Under the pieces are notes generated by a model. It did no database searches, had not been told where the DNA came from, and saw only the letters and a program-made list of their open reading frames with translations. Shown here in pieces: positions 43,167 through 54,686 of a stretch of DNA of 64,000 nt. Source of the stretch: an uncultured Actinomycetota bacterium (GTDB taxonomy: Bacteria > Actinomycetota > Actinomycetes > Mycobacteriales > CADCTP01); the NCBI GenBank assembly GCA_963849885.1, contig CAWKIV010000006.1, forward strand, positions 653,032 to 717,031, written 5' to 3'. A program made the position numbers and the translations under genes. Positions within the stretch are counted from its first letter, which is position 1. The number at the start of each line of letters is the position of its first letter.

Positions 43167-44234
43167 TCAGACGGTCGTCGGCACCTTGATCGTGCCGTCG
43201 ATGATCTGCTTCTTCAGCTCGTCCAGCTGGCCCTTGATGTCGTCGATCTTCCCGCCCGACGTCGAGTAGCCGACGCCGTCGGCGGCGAGGTCGAAGCGCT
43301 CCTCGCCGGCCTTGAGGCCACCCTCCTGGGCATCGGTGAGGAAGGCGCCGACCGCGACGTCCACCCGCTTGATCATCGAGGTGATGATGACGTCCCGCAC
43401 CGCCGCGTCCGCGCTCTGATACTGGTCGGAGTCCACGCCGATGGCCAGCTTGTTGGCCGCCTTCGCCGCCTGGAAGACGCCCGTGCCGGACCCGCCGGCC
43501 GCCGCGAAGATCACGTCGACGCCGCTGTCGTACATGCCCTTGGCCGCCTCGGTGCCCGCGGCCGGGTCGTTGAACCCGGTGCAGCCCTGCTGCGGGGTCG
43601 ACAGGTACTTCGAGGTGACCTTGGTGCCGGGCTTGGCCTTCTCCGCGCCGGCCTTGAAGCCGGCCTCGAACTTGGCGATGAGCGGCACCGAGCAGCCGCC
43701 GATGAAGCCGACGCTGCCGGTCGTGCTCTTCAGTGCGGCAGCCGCGCCGACCAGGTAGGAACCCTGCTCCTCGGCGAAGACCAGGTTGGTGATGTTGGCG
43801 CCCTTCACGTCGAACGTGGTCGCGTCGACGATGCCGAACTTGACGTCCGGGTATTTCGGGGCGACCTGTCCGAGCGCCTTGGCGTAGGCGAACCCGACCG
43901 CGATGATCGGGTTGAACCCGCCCTTGGCCAGCAGGTCCAGCCGGGTCGCCCGGTCGGCGTCGGTCTCGTTGGCCCGGGCGGACAGCTCCCGGACGTTGTC
44001 GGGCTGGATGCCCAGGTCGGTCTTCGCCTTGTCGAGCCCGACCGCGGCCGAGTCGTTGAAGGACTTGTCGCCGCGCCCGCCGATGTCGTACGCCAGGCCG
44101 ACCTTCATGTCACTGCTCGGACCGGCGGAGCCACCGCCACCGCCGCCGTCGTCGCTGTCATCGCCGCAGGCCGTCAGCGACATCGCGCCGATCAGCGCGG
44201 CCGCCACCAGCCCCATCCCACGCGCTCGGCGCAA
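43167..44234 (-). CDS. BMP family ABC transporter substrate-binding lipoprotein
   Basis: TTG at 44234, preceded by GGAGAGGAG (an alternative ATG lies at 44216). Lipobox LTAC. Contains the motifs DIGGRGDKSFND and GVDSDQ. Confidence 0.9.
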   Translation of the reverse strand: MRRARGMGLVAAALIGAMSLTACGDDSDDGGGGGGSAGPSSDMKVGLAYDIGGRGDKSFNDSAAVGLDKAKTDLGIQPDNVRELSARANETDADRATRLDLLAKGGFNPIIAVGFAYAKALGQVAPKYPDVKFGIVDATTFDVKGANITNLVFAEEQGSYLVGAAAALKSTTGSVGFIGGCSVPLIAKFEAGFKAGAEKAKPGTKVTSKYLSTPQQGCTGFNDPAAGTEAAKGMYDSGVDVIFAAAGGSGTGVFQAAKAANKLAIGVDSDQYQSADAAVRDVIITSMIKRVDVAVGAFLTDAQEGGLKAGEERFDLAADGVGYSTSGGKIDDIKGQLDELKKQIIDGTIKVPTTV

Positions 44235-44419
44235 AGGGATCTCCTCTCCTGCTCCGGATCCGCCGCCCGGTGTCGGCCGACACGGTAAACCGCCAGTGAC
44301 CATGACCGTCGGGGAGGTCGCCTTCTCGTCACCGCATCGTTGTACGCGGGACCCACGGTGGTGGCTGATCGCTACCGGGGTCAACGGACCCGACACATCT
44401 GTGGACGACGGGCGGGCCT

Positions 44420-45124
44420 GTGGACAGCCGCCGGCACGCGGTGGCCGGATGGGTCAGGGTTGGACCCGTTCCCCCCGTCCTGGAGGTGGTTGCCGTGGTC
44501 GCCCGTCCCGCTGACCGGACCGATGCCGCGCCGGTCCCGCCGATCCTGCTGCGGCCGCCCGGCTGGTCGGCCGGTGGCCCGCCCGGTGGCCCGCCGGGTG
44601 AGCCGCCCGGCCGGCCGCCGGAGGTGCTGCCGCCGCCCGCCCGGGCCGGCGGCCGGCTGGTGGAGCTGGTCGACGGCGTGCTGCTGGCCACGCCGGCCGG
44701 GTCGGCGCCGCACGCGCGGGCCGCGCGCCGGCTCGGCCGGGCCCTGGAGGCGGCGTGCGAGCCGCCGCTGGAGGTCTTCGCCCCGTTCACGCTGCGGCTG
44801 GAGGGCGAGACCGAGCTGCTGCCCGACGTCGCCGTGGTCGCCGTCGACGACCCGCTCCCCCGCTACCCGCGGGACGTGCGGCTGGTCGCGGAGGTGCTGT
44901 CGCCGCGCAGCCGGCGGACCGACGTGGCGCTGAAGGCGCGGGTCTACGCGGACGCCCGGGTGCCACTCTTCCTCGTGGTCGACCCGGACGCCGTCACGCT
45001 GGCGGTCCACGAGCTGCGCGGCGACGGCTACGTGGAGGTCGCCCGCGCCGGGCGGAGCAGCGCGGCCGCCGTGCCCGAGCCGGTGCCGGTGCTGCTCAGC
45101 CCGGCCGACCTGATCCGCCCCTGA
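44420..45124 (+). CDS. Uma2 (DUF820) family endonuclease-like protein
   Basis: The C-terminal about 170 aa (RLVELVDGVLLATPAGSAPHA...LLPDVAVV...LVAEVLSPRSRRTDVALKARVYADARVPLFLVVDP) fit the Uma2 pattern. The Pro/Gly-rich N-terminus leaves the true start uncertain. Confidence 0.65.
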   Translation: MDSRRHAVAGWVRVGPVPPVLEVVAVVARPADRTDAAPVPPILLRPPGWSAGGPPGGPPGEPPGRPPEVLPPPARAGGRLVELVDGVLLATPAGSAPHARAARRLGRALEAACEPPLEVFAPFTLRLEGETELLPDVAVVAVDDPLPRYPRDVRLVAEVLSPRSRRTDVALKARVYADARVPLFLVVDPDAVTLAVHELRGDGYVEVARAGRSSAAAVPEPVPVLLSPADLIRP

Positions 45125-45201
45125 CCGGCGGCGCAGCGGTGTGGCAGAGCGAGGGGGCGGCGGTGCACGGCGGCGCGGCGGCAGGACGTAACCTGCCCGG
45201 A

Positions 45202-46392
45202 GTGAGGGCAGTGCGGGCGGTCGCGGTCGCCGCGGCGGTGACGGTCGGCGTGGTGGCGGTGGGCGCGGCGGGCCCGGCCTGGGCGGCGCCGGCGGTGGCG
45301 CCGCAGCCGAGGCCGACGGCCACCCCGACGCCGGAGCCGCCGCTGCCCGGGCAGGGCGCCGACGGCCAGACGGTGGGCGGCCCGCGGCTGGCCAGCCGGG
45401 GGCTGGTGCTGGCGCCGGGCGCGCCGAAGCCACCCAAGGACCTGACCGCGCACGGCTGGCTGGTGGCCGACCTCGACACCGGCGAGGTGCTCGGCGCGCG
45501 GGACGCGCACGGGCGCTACCCGCCGGCCAGCACGCTGAAGATGCTGACCGCGCTGACGCTGCTGCCGAAGATCAAGGACCGGCGGGTGCTGCTGACCGCG
45601 ACCGGCTCGGACGTCAACGTCGACGGCACCCGGGTCGGCCTGGTCGTCAACGGGCGCTACACGCTGGACGTGCTGTTCCAGGCGATGCTGATGGCCTCCG
45701 CCAACGACGCGGCCAACGCGCTGGCCCGGGCGGCGGGCGGCACCGCCCGCACGCTGACCGAGATGGACGAGGTGGCGCACCGGCTGCAGGCCTTCGACAC
45801 GCACGCGGCGACGCCGTCCGGGTTGGACGGTCCGGGTCAGCTGACCTCGGCGTACGACCTGGCGCTGATCGCGCGGGCGGCGCTGGCCCGGTCCGACTTC
45901 CGGAAGTACACCGCCCAGCTGCGGGGGTGGATCCCGGCGCAGAAGCCGAAGTACAAGCGGTTCGAGTTCGCCAACGGCAACAGGCTGCTGTACGAGTACC
46001 AAGGGGCGATCGGCGGGAAGAACGGGTTCACCGACGCGGCCCGGCACACCTTCGTCGGGGCCGCCAAGCGCGGGACCCGGCGGCTGGTGGTCACGCTGAT
46101 GTTCGGCGAGCAGACGCCGGTGCGGATGTCGGTGCAGGCGGCGCGCCTGCTCGACTGGGGCTTCGCGCAGCGGTCGGCGGTGCCGGTCGGCGCGCTGGTC
46201 GATCCGGTGGACCCCGCCGCGATGCCGACGCCCACGTCCAGCCCGGTGCCCGAGTTGCGGCCCGCCTCGGCCGGCCCGTCCGACTCCGGCGGGGACGGCC
46301 CGCCGCTGCTCCCGGTCGCCGCCGCCCTCGGCGCCGGGCTCCTGGTCCTCGCCACCGGCTACGCCGTCACCACCCGCCGCCGCCGCACCTGA
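45202..46392 (+). CDS. D-alanyl-D-alanine carboxypeptidase (serine-type PBP) with C-terminal membrane anchor
   Basis: GTG at 45202 and a signal peptide. SxxK (ASTLK), SxN (SAND) and KxG (GKNGFTD) motifs, plus a C-terminal TM helix and RRRR tail. Confidence 0.85.
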   Translation: MRAVRAVAVAAAVTVGVVAVGAAGPAWAAPAVAPQPRPTATPTPEPPLPGQGADGQTVGGPRLASRGLVLAPGAPKPPKDLTAHGWLVADLDTGEVLGARDAHGRYPPASTLKMLTALTLLPKIKDRRVLLTATGSDVNVDGTRVGLVVNGRYTLDVLFQAMLMASANDAANALARAAGGTARTLTEMDEVAHRLQAFDTHAATPSGLDGPGQLTSAYDLALIARAALARSDFRKYTAQLRGWIPAQKPKYKRFEFANGNRLLYEYQGAIGGKNGFTDAARHTFVGAAKRGTRRLVVTLMFGEQTPVRMSVQAARLLDWGFAQRSAVPVGALVDPVDPAAMPTPTSSPVPELRPASAGPSDSGGDGPPLLPVAAALGAGLLVLATGYAVTTRRRRT

Positions 46393-46443
46393 CCGGCAGC
46401 AGACCGGCAGCGCGCCCGCCGCCGCGCAGCCACCGCCCCGCCG

Positions 46444-46541
46444 CAAGCCGGACCCGTGCAGCCGACCCGCGCAGCCGGACCCGCGCAGCCGGACCCGCGC
46501 AGCCGGAAACCGCCGACCCGGCGGGTCAGCGGCGGGTCAGC
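46444..46541. repeat. 14-bp tandem repeat x5 (GCAGCCGGACCCGC-type) plus 11-bp x2 (GGCGGGTCAGC)
   Basis: Read directly as caagccggacccgt / gcagccgacccgc / gcagccggacccgc / gcagccggacccgc / gcagccggaaaccgc (46444-46513), then ggcgggtcagc x2 (46520-46541). Confidence 0.85.
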
Positions 46542-47729
46542 GGCGGCGGCGGAGGTAGCGGGATCCGGCCGCGGCGGCGCCGGCGCCGAGGGCGGCTCCG
46601 GTGCCCACCAGCACGCCGGCCACCGCGGCGGGGTTCGGCGAGCCGTTGCGCCGGTCGGCGGCTCCGGCACCGGCACCGGCGCCGCATCGCCGGCGGCTCC
46701 CGCGCCAGCGGCGGCGCCCGCGCCGGCCGCGGCGGTCCGGCCGATCGTGGGGGCGGGGCCGACCAGGCCGCGCCCGCCCGGCGGGCGGTCGTCGACGCCC
46801 ACGGCGATGCCCTCTTCCGGCGTGTCCGTGCACTCGTCCGCCGCCGCCGGCTGCCGGCCGGTCGCCGTCCAGGCCGCGGCCAGCAGCATGAAGCGGGAGA
46901 CCAGGTCGATCCAGATCAGCAGCCCGACCGCGCTGGCGAAGACCCCGTACGTCGGGTTGCCGGTCACCCGGGTCAGGTAGAAGGTGCCGACCACCTTGAG
47001 CACCTCGTAGCCGACCGCGGCCAGCAGCGCTCCGCTGAGCACCGTCCGGTAACGCACCGGCCGCCGCGGCAGCCGGACGAACAACCAGGCGAAGATCAGC
47101 GTGTCCGCGGCCAGCGCCAGCGCGAGGCCGACCGCCGTGACCAGCGTCCCCATCCCCCACACGCCGTCCAGCCCGACCGCCTTCACCAGCTGGTCGGCCG
47201 CGGCGGTGCCGCCCGCGGTGAGGCCGATCGACAGCAGGATCCCCAGCCCGAGCCCGGCCAGCACGAGCAGGTCACCCAGCTTGGCCTTGAGGAACTTCTC
47301 CTCGGTCCGCTCGCAGCTCCACACCACCTGCAGCGCGGTGCGCAGGTTGCCGATCCAGCCGAGCCCGACGAAGGCCACACCGGCGAGACCGATCAGGCCG
47401 ATGGCCCCCCGGTTGGCGATGATCGAGGTGACCGAGTCGGACAGCTGGGTGCCCAGGTCGCCGGGGACGTTGTCGCGGATCAGCTCCTGCAGGTCCTGCT
47501 GCAGCGCGTCGTTGTTGGCCAGCACGAAGCCGGCGACCGAGATGGCGAGCAGGATCAGCGGGAAGAGCGCGAGGAAGCTGAAGTAGGTGATCGCCGCGGC
47601 GAGGTGGTCGCCGTTGGTGGACCTGTAGCGCTGGTAGGCCCGGACCAGGTGGTCCAGCCAGGGGAGGCGCTGCCGCAGCCGGCGCAGAGTGCCGGTGGCG
47701 CGGTCCTTGAGGCCGCCGGAGCCGGCCAC
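46537..47729 (-). CDS. YihY/BrkB family membrane protein; C-terminal frame ambiguous
   Basis: The N-terminal about 300 aa are clear (DHLAAAITYFSFLALFPLILL...). The start frame runs on to 46359 but becomes W/C/R-rich with falling GC3. A second frame gives a plausible TM plus basic tail (NPAAVAGVLVGTGAALGAGAAAAGSRYLRRRR, stop at 46537). A frame switch near 46655-46690 is therefore inferred. Confidence 0.7.
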
Positions 47730-47732
47730 GCG

Positions 47733-48254
47733 TCACCTCCCCCGCAGCGAGAAGTCTCTCCGCGGGAGCCATACCCCGCCGTCCACCTGCTCGAACGCGG
47801 TGAACCCGGTGACCGGGAAGCGTGCGTCGAAGGCCGCGAGCCCCTCGTACGCCGCGTCGAGGCCGGCCGCCGGGATGTCGTGCGCCACCGTCACGTGCGG
47901 GTGGTAGGGAAACCTCGTCTCCCGGTCCAGCGGCCCGGACCGGACCCGCCGCTCCAGCTGCTCGCAGTGCGCGATCCCGCTGGCCACGACGACGAAGACG
48001 ACGTCGGACACCGGCCGGAAGGTGCCGGTCCCGGACAGGTGCATCTCGAACGGCGCGCACTCGTCCGCGGTGGCGGCGAGGTGCGCGTCGATCTCCTCCA
48101 GCCGGGCGGCGGCGACCTGCGTCGGCGGCAGCAGCGTGACGTGCGGCGGCACCCTGCTGCCCTCGGGGTCGCCGACCCGCAGCCGCCACGCCGACAGCTC
48201 CTCGCGCCATGGCGACGGGACGGAGATGGCGACGCCCAGGTTGACCCGGGGCAC
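47733..48254 (-). CDS. 2H phosphoesterase / 2'-5' RNA ligase family protein
   Basis: 173 aa with two HxT motifs (PHVTLL and PHVTVA). Confidence 0.8.
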   Translation of the reverse strand: MPRVNLGVAISVPSPWREELSAWRLRVGDPEGSRVPPHVTLLPPTQVAAARLEEIDAHLAATADECAPFEMHLSGTGTFRPVSDVVFVVVASGIAHCEQLERRVRSGPLDRETRFPYHPHVTVAHDIPAAGLDAAYEGLAAFDARFPVTGFTAFEQVDGGVWLPRRDFSLRGR

Positions 48255-48261
48255 GCCGGGG

Positions 48262-49350
<1,089 letters not shown>

Positions 49351-50754
49351 TCAGCCGCGGGCGGCCGGGGTGCGGGTCGCGCCGCCGGCCGGCCGGCGCT
49401 CCGGCGGCAGGTCGCCCACCTGGTCGGACGTGGTCAGCCCGGACCCGGCCGCGGTCGCCGCCGGGGGCTCCGCGTCCGGCTCCGGCGGCACCACCCGCAG
49501 CCGGGACGCCCGCCGGCCGTCCAGGTCGAGCACCTCGACGCTCCAGCCGTCCACCCGGATCACGTCGCCGCGCGCCGGCAGCCGGCCCAGCCGCCACATC
49601 ACCCAGCCGGCCGCGGTCTCGTACGGCCCCTCGGGCAGCCGCAGCCCGGTCTGCTCGGCCAGGTCGTCCAGGTTGAGCAGCCCGTCCACCTCGGCCGGCC
49701 CGCCCGGCCGGGCCGGCGCCGCGCCGGCCTCGTCGTACTCGTCCCGGATCTCGCCGATGACCTCCTCGATGAGGTCCTCCAGCGTGACGATCCCGTCGGT
49801 CCCGCCGTACTCGTCCTCGACGATGGCCAGGTGGTGGCCCTCCCGGCGCATCTCGGACAGCGCGGCGAGCACCTTCTTCGTGCCGGGCAGCCGCTTCACC
49901 TCGCGGGTCAGGTCGCCGACGCTGGCCGCCCGGCCGCCGGGCAGGTCCGGCGCGAGCAGGTCGCGGATGTGCACGAAGCCGACCACGTCGTCGGAGTCGC
50001 GGCGCACCACCGGGTAGCGCGAGTGCGGCGCCTCCATGGCCAGCCGGGCGGCCCGGCTCACCGTGGTGCCGACGTCGAGGAAGTCGACCTCGGTGCGCGG
50101 CAGCATCACCTCACGCACCTGCCGCTCGCCGGCGGCGAACACGTCGTCGATGAGCTTGCGCTCCTCGCCGGTGAGCGACTCGTGCGCGGCCACCAGCCCG
50201 CGCAGCTCCTCCTCGGTGATGGCCTCCCGGTTGGCCCGCGGGTCGCCGCCGAGCAGCCGCACCACCAGGTCGGTGGTGCGGGACAGCAGCCAGATCAGCG
50301 GCCGGACGATGGTGGCGATCCGGTCCAGCGGGCCGGCCGCGACCAGCGCCACCGCCTCGGCCCGCTGCAGGCCCAGCCGCTTGGGCGCGAGCTCGCCCAG
50401 GACGAGCGAGAAGTACGAGATCAGGATCGTGACGCCGACGAACGCGAGGGTGTCGGCCAGCCCGTCCGGCACCCCCCAGGCGAGCAGCCGGTCGGCCAGC
50501 GGCCCGGCCAGGGTGGCCGCGCCGAACGCCGCGGAGAAGAACCCGGCCAGCGTGACGCCGACCTGCACGGCGGCCAGGAACCGGTTGGGGTCGGCGGTCA
50601 GCCGGGCCAGCCGCTCCCCGCTCCGGCCCCGCTCGCGCAGCACCCGGACCTGCCCCTCGCGCAGCGAGACCAGCGCGATCTCGGCGGCCGCGAAGGCCCC
50701 GCCGAGCAGCACGAAGGCCAGCACCAGCAGGGCGTCGACCAGCGTGCCGCTCAT
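49351..50754 (-). CDS. Hemolysin-family/CNNM protein (DUF21 TM domain + CBS pair + CorC_HlyC)
   Basis: ATG at 50754. DUF21 region (FAAAEIALVSL), CBS pair (VMLPRTEVDFL...) and a CorC C-terminal domain. Confidence 0.9.
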   Translation of the reverse strand: MSGTLVDALLVLAFVLLGGAFAAAEIALVSLREGQVRVLRERGRSGERLARLTADPNRFLAAVQVGVTLAGFFSAAFGAATLAGPLADRLLAWGVPDGLADTLAFVGVTILISYFSLVLGELAPKRLGLQRAEAVALVAAGPLDRIATIVRPLIWLLSRTTDLVVRLLGGDPRANREAITEEELRGLVAAHESLTGEERKLIDDVFAAGERQVREVMLPRTEVDFLDVGTTVSRAARLAMEAPHSRYPVVRRDSDDVVGFVHIRDLLAPDLPGGRAASVGDLTREVKRLPGTKKVLAALSEMRREGHHLAIVEDEYGGTDGIVTLEDLIEEVIGEIRDEYDEAGAAPARPGGPAEVDGLLNLDDLAEQTGLRLPEGPYETAAGWVMWRLGRLPARGDVIRVDGWSVEVLDLDGRRASRLRVVPPEPDAEPPAATAAGSGLTTSDQVGDLPPERRPAGGATRTPAARG

Positions 50755-50873
50755 CCGGGTCAGTGTACGGTCGCAGCCGGCCTCCCCTTCCGCGCCGATC
50801 TTGGCCGTGTGAACGCCCGGGGACGGCTCGACACGTTGACTCAACCAAGATCGACGGGCGGGGAGGGGGCAGC

Positions 50874-51836
50874 GTGCGGCTGCTGGTCACCGGAGGCGCC
50901 GGCTACATCGGCAGCGTCGTCACCGCGCACCTGGTGCGGGCCGGGCACGACGTGACGGTGCTGGACGACCTGTCCACCGGGCACGCGGACGCGGTGGTGG
51001 ACGGCGCCCGGCTGGTCGACGGCACCCTGGCCGACGACGCGGCCGCGGTGCTGGCCGACGGCCCGGCGTACGACGGGGTGCTGCACTTCGCGGCGAAGGC
51101 GCTGGTCGGCGAGTCGACCGAGCACCCGGAGCGCTACTGGCACACCAACGTCGGCGGCACCCTGGCCCTGCTGGACGCGATGCGGGCCACCGCCGTGCCC
51201 CGGCTGGTCTTCTCCTCCACCGCGGCCACCTACGGCGAGCCGGAGGAGGTGCCGATCCCGGAGACGGCGCCGACCCGGCCGACGAACCCGTACGGCGCCT
51301 CGAAGCTCGCCGTGGACCTGATGATCACGTCCGAGGCCCGGGCGCACGGGCTGGGCGCGATCAGCCTGCGCTACTTCAACGTGGCCGGCGCGTCCGGCGG
51401 GCAGGGCGAGCGGCACGTCCAGGAGACCCACATCATCCCGATCGCGCTGCAGGTGGTGACCGGGCAGCGGGAGACCTTCGCGGTGTACGGCGACGACTAC
51501 CCGACCCCGGACGGCACCTGCATCCGGGACTACGTGCACGTCGACGACCTGGCCGAGGCGCACCTGCTGGCGCTGGCCGGGGCCGTGCCGGGCGAGCACC
51601 GGATCTACAACCTGGGCAACGGCGCCGGCTTCTCGGTGCGGGACGTGGTGGACGCGGTCCGCCGGGTCACCGGGCACCCGCTGCCGACCACGGTCGGGCC
51701 GCGCCGGGCCGGCGACCCGGCGGTGCTGGTCGCCGGCAGCGCCCGGATCCGGGAGGACCTCGGCTGGGTGCCGCGCAAGCCCACGGTGGACGAGATGGTC
51801 GCCGACGCCTGGGCCTTCGTGCAGAGCCGGTCATGA
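50874..51836 (+). CDS. galE: UDP-glucose 4-epimerase
   Basis: GTG at 50874, preceded by GGGAGGGGG. Contains VTGGAGYIGS, YGASK (YxxxK) and DYVHVDDLA. Confidence 0.9.
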   Translation: MRLLVTGGAGYIGSVVTAHLVRAGHDVTVLDDLSTGHADAVVDGARLVDGTLADDAAAVLADGPAYDGVLHFAAKALVGESTEHPERYWHTNVGGTLALLDAMRATAVPRLVFSSTAATYGEPEEVPIPETAPTRPTNPYGASKLAVDLMITSEARAHGLGAISLRYFNVAGASGGQGERHVQETHIIPIALQVVTGQRETFAVYGDDYPTPDGTCIRDYVHVDDLAEAHLLALAGAVPGEHRIYNLGNGAGFSVRDVVDAVRRVTGHPLPTTVGPRRAGDPAVLVAGSARIREDLGWVPRKPTVDEMVADAWAFVQSRS

Positions 51837-51870
51837 GCGGGCGCGGCGGCTCGCAGCGCGAGCGGACACC

Positions 51871-52971
<1,101 letters not shown>

Positions 52972-52989
52972 CCTGCGCCGGAATTGGGT

Positions 52990-53027
52990 GACGGGGGCGG
53001 GCCCGGCACTGGGAAGCCGCCCCCGTC
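52990..53027 (+). terminator. Stem-loop downstream of galK (11-bp perfect stem, 16-nt loop)
   Basis: GACGGGGGCGG (52990-53000) pairs with CCGCCCCCGTC (53017-53027), 19 nt after the galK stop. There is no U-tract, so it is not a canonical intrinsic terminator. Confidence 0.45.
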
Positions 53028-53187
53028 TCGCGGGGAAGTCAGATTCAGATGTATGTCCGACGCCCATTGCGCTGGTGGTCGCCGTACCCCCGTGCGGAGG
53101 AGAGCCTGCCCGCCTTACGTCGGAAAGTAAAGTCTTGACTACACGCTGTTCCCGGGGGTACAAACCCCGGTCACTGTCCCGTCACCC

Positions 53188-54429
53188 TCAGTCGGGCAGC
53201 CGCGGCCGGGGCATGGTCGACGTCGGCTCGGAGATCTCGTCCAGGATCGCCGCGGAATACTGCACGAAGCGCTCCCCGGCCGACCGCAGCAGCGACGCCG
53301 GCGCGCCGTCCGCGGCCTCGAAGGCGGACAGCTCCTCCCGGGTCCGGCGGATCGCGTCGGCGCCGGCGTCCGGCGCCGCGCCGCTGTCCAGCATCGCGTG
53401 CTCGACCGCGCGGACCACCTCGATCGCGGTCTGCACCGCCTGCGCCTTGACCATCTTCGACCACGAGCTGTCGATGCCCCCGGGCCGGGCCGCGCCGGTG
53501 AACAGCCCGCCCAGCGCGACCAGCACCCGGCCGCGCAGGTCGCCGAGCCGCTCCACGGTGCCGTCGGGGAGCCGGCCGGCGGCTGTGGGCACGGTCCCGG
53601 ACAGCACCCGCTCCACCCAGCCGTCCACGGCCGCCGCCGCGGCGCCCAGGCAGGTGGCCGCGACCAGCGGCCGGTACTCGGCGAAGTGCCGGCGGAAGAC
53701 GGCCACCCCGCCGACCGCGGCGCCGAGCACCGCGGAGGCCGGCACCGGCACCCGCTGCAGGCTCAGCTCCCCCCAGGACCAGCCGTCCCCGTCGCCCGGC
53801 CGGGCGGCCGGCGTGGTGGACAGCCCGGGCGAGCCGGCCGGCACGTAGAACGCGCTGAGGTGCTCCGGGCTGCGCGCGAACACCACGAACGCGTCCGCCT
53901 CCAGCACCCGGGACACCCACGCCTTGCGGCCGGTGATCTCCCAGCCGGCGGCCGTACGCACCGCCCGGGTCGCCACCGCGGCCAGGTCCGACCCGGTCGG
54001 CTCCCCGGCCGGCCGCACCGGCTCCTCGGTCGCGGCCAGCCCGACCAGCGCGCCGCGGATCACCGCGGCCAGCTCGCGCCGGCCGTGCCACTCCGGGTCG
54101 TGGCAGAGCACCGCCCCGTGCCCGACGTGGGCGGCGTCGCGCAGGTTGAGGTCGCGGTAGCCGGCCAGGAACTGGATCGCCACCTGCACCACGAACCGGT
54201 GCCCGCCGCCGCCGACCGCCGCCGGCGCGGTCGCCGCGCCCACCCCGGCCGCGTGCAGCCGGCGCTTGGCCTCCAGCAGCGCCGCCCCACCGGCCCGGGC
54301 GGCCGGCGCCGCGTCCGCGAGCAGCTCGTCGGCCTGGCCGAGCAGGTCCAGCTCGCGGGCCCGGTAGACCCAGAGGCCCGGCTCCAGCCAGGACCACGGT
54401 CCGGTCCCCGGCAGCGTGCTGTGCGACAT
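53188..54429 (-). CDS. Acyl-CoA dehydrogenase-like family protein
   Basis: ATG at 54429, preceded by AGAGGGGA. The middle (GWEITGRKAWVSRVLEADAFVVFARS) and the C-terminal helical domain resemble the ACAD fold. The assignment is weak. Confidence 0.6.
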   Translation of the reverse strand: MSHSTLPGTGPWSWLEPGLWVYRARELDLLGQADELLADAAPAARAGGAALLEAKRRLHAAGVGAATAPAAVGGGGHRFVVQVAIQFLAGYRDLNLRDAAHVGHGAVLCHDPEWHGRRELAAVIRGALVGLAATEEPVRPAGEPTGSDLAAVATRAVRTAAGWEITGRKAWVSRVLEADAFVVFARSPEHLSAFYVPAGSPGLSTTPAARPGDGDGWSWGELSLQRVPVPASAVLGAAVGGVAVFRRHFAEYRPLVAATCLGAAAAAVDGWVERVLSGTVPTAAGRLPDGTVERLGDLRGRVLVALGGLFTGAARPGGIDSSWSKMVKAQAVQTAIEVVRAVEHAMLDSGAAPDAGADAIRRTREELSAFEAADGAPASLLRSAGERFVQYSAAILDEISEPTSTMPRPRLPD

Positions 54430-54686
54430 CGGTCCCCTCTGGCTCGCACTGATCCCGGTCGTCGAGCGTTCCCCCCGTGTCGTGGCCCGCGTCCCGAGCC
54501 CCGCAGGAGGGTAGTGGGCTCCCGCCTCCCGGGAGCAACCCCGGGGGCCGGGTAGGCTCCGGCGCGGCGGCAACCCGGGCGACCGTCCCGGCGTCATCAC
54601 CGGAGGGCGGGAACATCACGTCAGGGGACGAGGTTGGCGGACACGGTGCCGGCACCCCCCGGATCGGAAACGGAGCACGCACCTCG

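Noticed and set aside
53049-53138. 29-codon ORF (MYVRRPLRWWSPYPRAEESLPALRRKVKS) in the GC-poor spacer
   Set aside because: Its third-position G/C is far below that of all credible genes here, and there is no RBS. It is probably non-coding.
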